Shown: positions 52,917 to 64,000 of the stretch, one piece after another
Layout: each line of letters begins with the position of its first letter
How positions within the stretch are numbered: position 1 is the stretch's first letter
Assembly (NCBI GenBank): GCA_965235115.1
Contig: OZ249438.1
Location: 18,166,001-18,230,000 of the forward strand
DNA from: Laetmonice hystrix
Taxonomy: Eukaryota
DNA length: 64,000 nt
Direction: 5' to 3'
Notes under the pieces: model-generated
What the model saw: only the letters and a program-made list of their open reading frames with translations
Database searches by the model: none
What the model was told of the DNA's origin: nothing
Translations under genes and position numbers: made by a program

Positions 52917-55900
52917 TTAGACTTCCCGTAATGCTCCTTCTTGGCTCAATAAAGGAGTTAACCCTTTTGCTAGTCGAAGTTCTGAATGCATGACGCGCCA
53001 TACTAAAAGGACTGAGTGTTATAGTTCTGCTGTTCTGTCATCCATACCCTTTCCGTTGCGAACACTAACATGCCTCGCCACGTAAAGCTGGCACTACATC
53101 TTAACCTCTCCACCATCGTCAGAGAGACACAGCAAACAACACTGAGTCTCTGGCTAGCCCCGGCCAATTTTACAATTCCTCAATACTCCACTGTACTCAA
53201 AACACACTTTTTGCGCGCATCTCTAGATCACATACCATGCGGTAGCCACCCTTTATTAGTTAGTCCGAATATGTTTTTTTCCGGAGTAGCAGGACATCAT
53301 GCACATGAATTTATTTCTCATTAACAGTAGTAAACATTTAAGAAATTCTAATGAATTAAGTCTAATCTTTCCTGTGAATTGCATCTACAGAGCTTCAGAT
53401 CTCTTACCGATTCTATATCTGTTGTCGAAGGTGACAAAATCTTATAGTGCCGATATAAGCTTGACTCAAATTTCATGGGTTTCGTGTGCTTAATAGTTCC
53501 TTTGTTTACTTGGGAGATATCTATTTCCGTTTTTTTCCCCACATCTGGGAGATCAAATTTGTGTTCATTGAGACTGTATGCTTACGGTAACTACCATCGG
53601 TCTTGGGAGGTAGGTAAGGCCCCCTGTGGTAAGCCTGGTTCATATTACCTACATACGGCGTCTCGGCGACTTATCTGACATTGAGAGTACTACTACTGTG
53701 TAGCAATCCCACCAGTATATTGTATTTGTTCAGTATCCCCCTAAGTTTACACCATTTTTCTTTCCAAGACCAGTCCATGTGACACGTCAGATACAAGGGG
53801 ATATCTTTATCCGCCCACCAGTTCAGATCCGTTCCTTTCTGATATTTTCTATCTGTCTTTTTTCACTCGACACTCGTAAAACATCTATACATATGTATAC
53901 ATTATAGATGTACTGAAAAGACTTATTTTTAGAGCAAAAAAGAAAAAGAAATACCATACTTTTACCATTACAATGTCGACGTGTGGTCAGTTCAACACGC
54001 TCATGCTTATCGCATTAATTTCGTAATGTCTTAACTGCACGGCTGACTAGGAAACCAGATCTACAACCGCATTACCTCCCACGCTGACGTTGTTTACCTG
54101 GCGGCGGTTAGAATATCATCAATTTTATAAGGACCCCCTAGGTAGCGCTGCTGTAATTTGGCGAGATGTGCCACTGGGTGCACCGTGGCCAATAACTGGG
54201 ACATGGCCGGCAACATGTGCAGTCACACAACAGTAGTACTTTTCCATGCACCAATGGGGAGAGGATGAGGTCAGTGACTGGACGAGCGACCACCTCATGC
54301 TGTCACGTCAATGTTGTTGTCACGCTCGGGTCGCTCACTGCTCTGAGTGTCATGCTCCTGTAAAGTAAATACCCTCCTCGCTCATAGAGTCAGGGTTGCA
54401 TCATTTAACCTGACCCAGTTGGGGAGACTCGGGAGGGAGTGGCCGGTTCCCTGAAACTAGGCTCAGATGCAAGCATGATGCCAGGTGGCCTATATACCTA
54501 GAAACGCTGCATGACAGCATTATCACAAGTGAACATCGTGAACACCTCAAAAAAGCAGAGCAGGCCCTTGCAGAAAAATCCTGTCGTTGTTTGACTTTTT
54601 AAAATAAATACGAATGTTTACTTTCAGATGTCACTCTAAAGTCATCTGAAAGACTACATTTATAAGAAGATTAAGATTATATGACTTGGTGTCCTTCCCT
54701 CTCCCGTACCATGACCTATCTAAATGTGTATGTTAAGACAAATAACGAGGAAGTAGAATAATGAAAACAGTCATTCATACACGGAAGAATGAGTTCTCTG
54801 TTCCTTGTATGGCCATATCCATCAGTTTTTATATTAAGAAATTCTGGTGGTCTCAATGTGTTGTCTCAAAGTTATAATCAGTCCTTAAGTTTCCTATATT
54901 TTTAATAAACTATTGTTAATAATATCAAGCATGCTAATAGTAAACATCCTGTGCCACCAAATCTTAATGCTTACGGATCAAGGACAGATAAGGTCCATAA
55001 TATTTCTAACGTCTTATACTAACAGTAATATACAGAGGGGAAATGGCCTGCAACGAGCTACATAATCGACCTGCTATTCCCCCTAAAGCCTATAGTACAT
55101 ATGAATTGTGATACAATTTAGCAGAATATTCATGTAGAAGAAAAGAATAGAATCTGTAAACAATATGGCTATACATACTGGGTGCCCTGTCTTGCCTGCC
55201 TTTTTTGCGCATCCAGTCTGCTCGCAACCCTGCCATGTAAAAGGCAATAATAATGTCCATTATATAGGGCATGCTTCACCAAGCTGTCATGTTCAACATT
55301 TTTGTTACAGATACATTAATTGGGTCATACGGCAATTGTTACTTAAAAGATAGAAAAAAAACGCATGCTCTGCTACATTATAAATAGGGCGGGATATCCT
55401 TCAACGAGGCTAGTCTTTGTTAAGACCTATCTTTTTTTTTCAATTTTGACATTTTTACCAAAACAATTTCAGAAAACAACCAAGTGCCTCCATCCTGGAA
55501 ACCATAGATTTCGGCGCACATATTCATAGTTTGTCTTGTATTTAATCACAAATAACCATCAGGACCCTGCTCAAAGGACAAAGAGCATATCCTTGTTGGA
55601 TGCATCCGGTAAATCTACTGGATTAATAACTGCAATATATACCAACATGTCTTAGGCTTGTCATTTAGCACTGAGCACAGACTCGAGTCTCCTAACATAG
55701 GAAAGTGGTGACTGCCAGGTCTACATAAGCAAAAGGCCTCAAAATAAACATCCTTATCCCGTATTCTTCTAAAAAAAAGAAAATGTTTTTTTCTGGCATG
55801 AAACAAAATTGCCTTTCTTGGAAGGCGTCCCTTTTCTTCTTTCCTTTTGATCTGTTTGAACCTAGCTCTCCAATCATCGACTAAAATCTGTCACAGTGGG

Positions 55901-57367
55901 GAAGAATTTAAAAAATCTTAAAAAAAAAGTTGTTGACTTTTTGGTCAAGTTTATGTAAACATTGCTCATGCTCGCTTATGCGATTGGACAACTGAAAAAC
56001 TGTTTTAGATACAGCCTAACAAGTACCGGCACGTTTGGTGTATACCACTATAGGTGTGTACTTAGCATGGACTCCATTGTGGTGGGACAATGTGTGATTC
56101 AACGACATTCCCATATTCAATAACTTTACTCAGTAAAACAACAGGCTTAAAACAGCCCTAGATAAACCAGCACAAAATGAATGGAATTATTTTTGCCTAT
56201 GTTTAGAATTCCATGTGGTCATTATGCAACATACATTTTATTGCCCACAGAGAAGAGAGATTTGCGACCCCGGCTCTCCCGAACTGTAGCCAAAAATCTT
56301 TAGCAATTAGAAGACAAGTTTTCTTTGTGTGACTTACTGTGTGTATTATGATCCAGTTCATTAAGGCAAGCCCCCGATTACTGGCTACTAATACTGACAT
56401 GGGGGGGGGGGGCTTGAGGCAGAGACTTTCTCAGGAGTTCCAACAAGTTTGGTAACCGTTAGGTTGCGATAAAGATAAGTTCTCCATCAAATTGTCACAC
56501 ATTTTAGACAAGACGTCTTGCAAGTCTGTCACAACTTGCTACATTTTTAATGTAATGCATTCCGTCCTGAGGCTACATCTGCTCAAGTTTCTAGTACTTA
56601 ATCAAATGTCTCTAATCTCTGATACAATCTGAGATAATAGCACTATAAATCTACAACTAATCACACCTTATAAATTACAGTTTACCGCCGACATCCTGAG
56701 TATTCACATTGGGACTACTAATCCTGTGTGTTATTACGTAACCACTGTTCTGGAACTTACATGTTAAGTTTTATACTCTTGTTGGAAATGTCTGCCAACA
56801 TGTATCTTCTCCACCCCATTCTCTAAAACAATGCTACCATGGAGCTTGTCTCACTATACACAAGATCAATCATCATTAAAATTAGGAAAGAAATGTTGAA
56901 CTTCGCGAAACTTGGAAAAATATCCCACCTAAATAAAATCTCAGGTAAAGTAACTGATTTACTCGATTTATGAACATATATCAATACGTTGTTACAAAGC
57001 CAGCTTAAAGGCTAAATGCTAAATAGTTCTTTAGTCTAGCTCCATCAACTGCTTTTCCCGAACTCGCTAAACAGATTATAAAATGCAGGCTTTACCAGTA
57101 CGCCGAAGGATTTAGGATAACTGAATAAACACGGAATTAAAACAAGAAAACGTGTCCACCTAACAGGATTGAGACATGTATCAATTCGCCGTATCAATTA
57201 CTGCCGAATAACATGGCTCAGTTCTAATATAAGATATGACTTTAGTAAGTGCCGCTAATTGGTTCCATGCAATATACATGAGTGCGAGGGCAGTGTGCTG
57301 CAGCATCTAGACATTGTTCTAAATCCGTATTTCGAGGATGGGGCCCGCCGTCCTGAATGAAGCCCTG

Positions 57368-57514
57368 GGCCCGGTTTCAGAAAGGTTAGCATCTTAACTT
57401 AAGCTCTGCTTAGGACCTCTGATTGGCTGGTCCTCTGCTGCTTGGCTTCAACCAGCCAATGAAAGGCCGTAAGCAGAGCTTAACTTAAGATCCTAATCTT
57501 TCTGAAACCGGACC
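57368..57514. mobile_element. Foldback MITE, PIF/Harbinger (Tourist)-like
   Basis: ggcccggtttcagaaag ... ctttctgaaaccggacc (one mismatch). The arms are inverted almost to the centre (cttaagctctgctta/taagcagagcttaac; attggctgg/ccagccaat). Flanks are CTG / CGG. Confidence 0.78.
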
Positions 57515-57664
57515 CGGGGCCTAATGATCGGGGAGGGGGTTGTCCTGGATGATAGGGGCCTGATCATGTGGGAGCCCCATCGTAATGATGGGGGGGAGGG
57601 CGCATACTAATGTTGGGAGCGGAGGGGCATTTCTGGGTCATGGGGGATTGGGTGGGCGCAGTGA

Positions 57665-58195
57665 CTGTCCTGGGTAGCGGGGCCTTGATGATTGAGGATA
57701 GGGTTGGAACAGTCCTGGGTGATGGGGGCTTGATGATTGAGGATAGGGTGGGCGCCTTCCTGGGTGATGGGGGCTTGGTGATTGAGGATAGGGTTGGAAC
57801 AGTCCTAGGTGATGGGGGCTTGGTGATTGAGGATAGGGTTGGAACAGTCCTAGGTGATGGGGGCTTGGTGATTGAGGATAGGGTTGGAACAGTCCTAGGT
57901 GATGGGGGCTTGGTGATTGAGGATAGGGTTGGAACAGTCCTAGGTGATGGGGGCTTGGTGATTGAGGATAGGGTGGGCGCATTCCTGGGTGATGGGGGCT
58001 TGATGTTTGAGGATACGACCGTGGGCACAGTCCAGTGTGGTGGGCCCTGATGTTTGAGGATACGACCGTGGGCACAGTCCAGTGTGGTTGGCCCTGACGA
58101 TTGAGGATAGGACCGTGGGCACAGTCCAGTGTGGTGGGCCCTGATGATTGAGGATAGGACCGTGGGCACAGTCCAGTGGTGGGCCCTGATGATGG
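57665..58195. repeat. G-rich composite minisatellite, 45-bp unit switching to a 47-bp unit
   Basis: The (a/t)ttgaggata marker is at 57691, 57736 ... 57961, 58006 (45-bp steps), then 58053, 58100 and 58147 (47-bp steps with a different right half). Confidence 0.94.
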
Positions 58196-60309
58196 GGATT
58201 GGGGTGCCGTCCCGAGGGATGTTATCCCATCGGGACCGGGCTGCCGACCATCCCCCACTGTTTTACCAATTAAAACACTTTATGTGAGACAGGGCCAGGA
58301 AAACATGCAAACTGGCACAATGTTCGTTTCCGTCCACCTATCAAACGCTGCATAATTCAGGGTAGTTCCTTCCCTTCACGACAACGTAGGACTTCTCTGA
58401 CTAACACCGACTGTCAGAAAATCAATTGAATTAACACCAGTTACCAATCATCACGCAACGTGATGGATGACTTGATACTGGACCATACACCAACCGGCAG
58501 GAATACGTAATGTTCCCGGGGCGGCTAGCCTCTCAGTACACCGCCGATCCCCTACAAAAATCGGACTAGTCGTGCTCCTGCAATCGTAAGGCAGTGCACT
58601 GGCCCGAACCTGGACACTGCTATTTGCTAACTAAAAACCAGCAGTCCAACAGACGGTGGCAGGTGTCACAGACAAAACTAAAGGAAGGTTATAACACAAC
58701 TCCCCCAATTCATTCCTAGGTTACCGCAAAAACTACAGTGTTCAATGACTCAGCTCCAAGTACCGGCGTTTAAAACCGTATCTTATGTTCACTATTGATT
58801 GGCAGACCCTTGACAGACCGTTAAAGAGGGTCTGTGATCGCGAAAATAAAACATCCTTTTTTTTTAGCAACCGAATCTTTTGCACTTAATGGGGTTTACG
58901 ATCCTGTTTCAAAGAACAAAGCAATGTCAGTCATGTGAACAAATTAGTGCTTAATTTTAACTTATAAAGAATCTGCATACATTTTGAATTTCAGAATCTT
59001 AGTCTAAACTGTTTTTTCAACAACCGATTTTTGTTGAAGTCTTCATTTTGGAACTGGAATAGGCCTACTGGTTTACAATATTTCACACTACCTGGGGGGG
59101 GGGGGGGTGGCAATCGTTGTAAAGCGATTCCTGTCTCATTTACTTTGTGTTATCATTCACAGTCCCAATGATAAGAACCTCACATTGGGGGAGAGTCCTT
59201 AAAACTGACCGAGTTCACACTGAATGGATGCCACTCAGGTTATATTTAGCTATACAACTGTACTATGCTGGTACGACTTGGCAACCTGCCATCGATCGTA
59301 GTAACATGTGTCCACAATTCACCGAGATCAAATGACAAACATTGACATGGAGAAACGTCAGCAATTTTCATTCAAAAGTTGCAGTATGTAATCAGGTTGA
59401 AAGCCACTCAACAAATACACACGCAAAAACTTGAAGCCAGCAAAGCTAACCAATCACAGCATTCATTCTCTCTATTAATAATAATTGTTGGAAACTGCCG
59501 ACAGGGCCTGCTGTGAAGGCAACAACGATGAAACATAACAAGACGAAGAGCATGGCCTTGTTTGGAGGACAACAACGATTACCCACCCATCATCTCCCTG
59601 GGGCGGTCTCAAACTTCAGTGTACGAATTCGGCTCTCCACCCGGCACAGGAAACAGCCAGTGGATGCCGCCGCTCCATCTTGAGATCTGAGACATTTATC
59701 TTAGTTCTTACCAACAGATATATCACGATAATTTGGAGCAGCAAGCTAAAAAAAATAACAGATTCATCCCACATACTTGCTAATGTTCTGTCTTTTTCTA
59801 GGTTGGGATCAATTCTCATGAGACTGCCCTTAAGTTCTAAATTCAACAGGAATTTTTCTTTATAAACCACGCATCCACTCGGCTAGAATGGCTTGCCAAG
59901 TGTATTCATGAGTAAAGTAAGAGTAGCAGAGAGATCAATCAGACCACAATACTATATAGTATAGTCTACGTAAATTTGATATATATAATATATTGAGTCT
60001 ACATAGGCCTTTAAAAATACCTTTCCAATATAAAATGATTCAACTGAACTTGCTACCTGACCAAATAATATTGCTCAGAATTATGATAAAACTTTTCCAC
60101 TATAACCATAAATAAATGTCAGGAAATGTGTAAACCTGAAACACTGAAATTAAATGCATAACGCAACAACACTATTTTTGGATTGAACTACTTAAGGTGA
60201 AAAGTCCCTGTCGTCTGGGTCACAAGTACTGAGCAGTCAGGTGTGTCAGGGGAGCCAGAGCACAGAATAACTCGAAGTCCAGTTATTTTTAATCAACTCT
60301 TGGCTCTCC

Positions 60310-60748
60310 TCTTTGCTCGTCCTAGACGCAAGCTCCTTTAGCTGGTTTTTCTCAGTCGTATAATTTTATCTACAGCTGAGTGGCATGCAGTCCGAGCGGG
60401 GAGGCTGTGCCTACGTGGAACACCCCAAAGTCTTACATAAATAAGCTGTTCGCTTGGAGTCAATGCTGGCCCAGTACAACTACCTGCAGGGCAAGACATA
60501 TTGGAAAACTCTTTAGTTTCGAAACCACAGATATCTCCTAATGCTACTGGCAATGGGCCAGGGTCCTTTTGGGATCATGATTCAATAAGTGATTCTCTCG
60601 ATATTGGGTGGGGGGGGGGGGGGGGGCTGCAATGGTCATTGCCTTCTGGCAGGTGCCATTCACGAGTCTTCATATGGTGCAGATGGCAGCAGAAAGTGAA
60701 TGCTATCGGTACCTATGTCAACAATGGATGCATGAGAGCTGTGTGTAG
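60310..60748 (+). pseudogene. Possible relic of a PHD-finger-bearing ORF end, perhaps a pogo/Tc1-mariner-type transposase C-terminus
   Basis: 60701-60748 reads CYRYLCQQWMHESCV*, matching the C-x-C-xx-W-x-H-xx-C second half of a PHD finger. The first half is frameshifted (tgccttctggcaggtgccattc). Upstream are RPRRK...SRIILSTAEW and a DHDSISDSLD stretch. It is interrupted by a G17 run, stops and frameshifts. The transposase attribution is inference. Confidence 0.33.
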
Positions 60749-63700
60749 TTGGGGAGGGGGGTGGGGGTGGGGGTGGGGGTGGCACTGTGCCTGGTCCACT
60801 CCCTGCTAAAATGCTACTTGAGCAACATGTCTACCAACGACAAACATCCTCAGTCCTGACCCAACTCTTGCCGCATATAAAAACAACTTCAACACTGTAG
60901 GGAAAATTATACTAGGCCAAGTGAGACATTTCTGGCTTCAACTGACACAGAAGTGTTACATTGTGACCACGGCAATACAGTCACAAGATCCGTGTGAGCC
61001 TAAATGAGGTAATGCCCCATGTAATTGTAAACGTAACAACAGGCTTCCCATTAAAATCTAAAATAAGCGGTTCTGCTAAATTGCGGAGCTTTGATGATGG
61101 GGCATTTATACGCCTAACATTCGCTACCTTGTTTTGTCACCATGGATACAGCTCTATCTATTCACACACAAGTAACAATTGGAAATCTACAACACCGCCT
61201 GTGTGAAATGGGAATTAAACTAAAAAAGGCACATTGTATAAGTTGGTAAGTTCAGCTTGCTACAATGGAGGCAACAGGTGGAACCTGCATTTTTAAATTT
61301 TGTGTTGCGCTACAGTATTATACTATTAATACTAGTACACCAACAATGTTGAACAACAAAGATTCTAAGTCCTGAAAATTCTTTCATTAAAAGTATGTAT
61401 TTCCGTAGATACCTGCTGAATAAATGTTTTAAAGGAGTGTAACTGTAAAGGTCAAGCGGTAACACAGAGACTAACCCATTAGTTGTGACCGGTTCCCCCA
61501 GGGTCGCCATCAATATGTTAGCCATTTATTTGGGAGGCAGATATAGGACTATTAGGAGAAGGGGAGGCCGAACGGGGTCTGTGGAACCTACTGGGTATTC
61601 CACACAGAGACTCATCTCGGACCCGTACAAACACAGCTTTGTGCTACACTTATGGATCTTGGGTGTTATCCTGTGTTATGGGTTGTGGGGTTATCAAGTC
61701 CCAACCACTGCTGCCCGTAACCACCCAGTCCCAACACGGTATCGGCATTCTGGTCATCTCCCCACGCGTCCAGCCACCGACATGCACATCCCAGCCGCTG
61801 AGTGGCACCGCTAAAACACAGACCTGATTTCTACCTAAAGATGACAATATTTACTCAGGCAATATGCCTCCCTCACTTCATAGCGTGTTCATCGTGCGGG
61901 TGCATTGCTGGGATGGTCTGTAGTCTCCGTTACCCGCCTTCTGCACTCAAAGCGCCTCTACGTACGGCCAGTTCTCTATACGTAGTACACCGGCGTCCCT
62001 AACTCAGGACTCCTACACATCTGGCACAGATGCACAGCTGAAGGATATGTTAAACGTGTTTTCATATAAAAATACAATGAAGACACATGAAGCAAAGTAA
62101 TCCTTGGTGTATGAGAAGCTTGGCGCCTGCCTCGTTTATCATGTTTCTCAAAGTTCTGTGTTGTCTCCCTACAGTAACTTAACAAACGGGGAATTAACAC
62201 CAGGCATAATCAAAGGCGATCAAACACTGAGACTATACAATGGCAAATTAACCCAGTCAATTAGGAATCAAACGTCGAACGTTGTGCCAAGTAAATAAGT
62301 AAACCTAAATACCGAATACATGGAATATCCACAATATAATGTTGAAATTCTAATGAGCACTACCATCCATCCATCAGTCTGTAATAGAGTGAGAAACGCT
62401 GATACCAATGCTGAATCTATTTTAGGAAGACTTAAAGTTCTTGCAACCTGCCAATACTGTTTGCAGTCTTGGGAACTGAGCCATATTATATCTATTTGAC
62501 GTACTGGGTACACTGATAGATAATATCAGTGATATAAATCAAAGCCTCTTTAACCACGGATACCTGCATCAGTCCATATTTTTCTGTCAGCTCTAGACTA
62601 AGTAAATGGTCTGACACCGGGTTTGATGAGGTCCACTCATGAAAACATGAATCTGTTTCATTCTAATCCAATGTATACATATACTGTGCCTGAACAAACC
62701 TATTTTTTTGTTTAAAACTCAAGCCACACTGATGAAAGCGAGTCTAGTTATCAGAGAACTAATAATGGTGTCCCGAAGGAAAGCAATCATAAAGAGAATG
62801 CGTCTCCTGTAACCAGGGAAGAAGGCCATGCTGCTTTTGACGGTTCCAGCACGACTCTATTTTCGTAATTGGCCACGCAGTAATTACTTAAAAGTACCAA
62901 TTAGTGTAACGGAATTTGATTCGGAGAGCTGATAAACTGAATTGGAACAATCATACGCTTATGTCAACACCTACAAATTTACAACATTTCATGCAAGCAT
63001 GATTGATCACTCTCTGCAGTTGCTACGTTTTAGTCTAGGCCTATATTGAGGAACCAGAATTAAAACAAACGGGCAAACATTCATCTTTAGAATCTCTGCC
63101 AGACAGAACTTCCACCAGCCTGCTCAACCTTAAGTAACTTTGTTCGGAATTTACTAGCTCGTGCTAAATAACAGATAGCTGAGCACTGTGTGGTGTAGAA
63201 AGGCCAATGCCAGTATTGATTTCTCATGAGTGCACTGTGTTTTGGTGCTACACTAGCCAGCACACGGAACTGCTGCCAGCACCAATACCAGCCTGCCTCC
63301 AGTATGAACCAGCTTCAGGATAAGATGACCAGGGACTGGGGAAAGGCTCTGTGTGAGTGACCAGTCTTTGAGAACAGAACATGAACGGGTCTCTAACTCT
63401 GGTTATACTAAACGAACTGCAAAGCTCGATATATCAGAATACGGACTCTTCTGAAATGTTATGAAAACTTGCTGCCTGGCTGTTAGGATGCCTTGTCCAG
63501 AGAAGCGCCCTAAACTCAGCAACTACCGCCCTGAGGGGACCAACCACCCGCTGGGCCCCGACAGCCAGCTTCATGATGGATTCCAATGCTGTGTCTCCAA
63601 AGAATCCATTAATGTTTCTTTGGCCCCCTGCCTCCGCAGCTCATTGGCCCTATCTCCTCGCACCACAGTACCCTGATGACTTCCTCCGGCCCATGCCCTA

Positions 63701-64000
63701 ACCCATCTGATACGGAGTGCTGCAACACTCCCTGTCTGCCCGCCACGCCCCCACATTACTACCCCAGCCCAGTGTGGCCGGCCCCACCGCCCGCCCTGGA
63801 TGACGTAGATTGAGGTAGAACCTTCCTCCCCCCACCTCCTCCTGCTCGTGTTTACATCTTCACGACGCTCACCCTCAAATACCAGCATTTCCACCTATCA
63901 TTGACTAATTACTGATATTCAACCAACTCCTCCAACCTTATCCCGTACCCATTGAATTGCACGCAACCATTGATTTGCACGGGACAGGAACTCTAACCAT

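Larger units (their letters stand above)
12245..64000 (-). other. Probable very large ERR intron upstream of the zinc-finger-2 exon (5' end outside the window)
   Basis: Acceptor AG at 12246-12245. A manual search for reverse-complement codons of CxVCGD, HYG, CEACKAFF and KRTIQ found no first-zinc-finger exon between 12245 and 64000. This is inference from absence in an eye search. Confidence 0.6.

Noticed and set aside
57564-58258. Pro/Ser-rich (extensin/mucin-like) and Gly-rich ORFs
   Set aside because: They are translations of the 45-bp minisatellite in several frames at once, and the 47-bp units break the frame.
62175-62868. Two candidate plus-strand exons (62175-62290 and 62724-62868) of a nested antisense gene
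   Set aside because: The acceptors look plausible and the peptides natural, but the phases are incompatible when joined, no domain is recognisable, and open stretches of 40-50 codons are common by chance.

Overview
This is eukaryotic (animal, probably marine invertebrate; inferred from repeat types and protein sequence) genomic DNA, almost entirely intronic. The only confidently coding sequence is two minus-strand exons of an estrogen-related receptor gene (ERR/NR3B). The second zinc-finger exon is at 12128-12244 (117 nt) and the T-box/hinge exon at 2570-2680 (111 nt), joined by a 9,447-bp GT-AG phase-1 intron. I could not find the first zinc-finger exon in the remaining ~52 kb, so most of the window is probably one very large intron, and the ligand-binding-domain exons must lie left of position 1. 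The introns hold eight unrelated minisatellite arrays (units ~23-84 bp), several with unit switching or higher-order structure. They also hold a pure (CTG)30 tract, about 11 long G/C homopolymers, a Helentron-associated (HINE/DINE-like) element, a Kolobok-like MITE, three foldback Harbinger-like MITEs, and decayed LINE-RT and PHD-finger relics. Most long ORFs in the track are artefacts of stop-free repeats. I found no convincing new multi-gene system. The best leads are (i) a transposon-borne cluster of perfect ERR response elements/DR4 sites next to ERR's own zinc-finger exon, suggesting possible autoregulation, and (ii) an in-frame stop overlapping AATAAA at a MITE edge just past the hinge exon, suggesting a possible LBD-less ERR isoform. 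Both are hypotheses.
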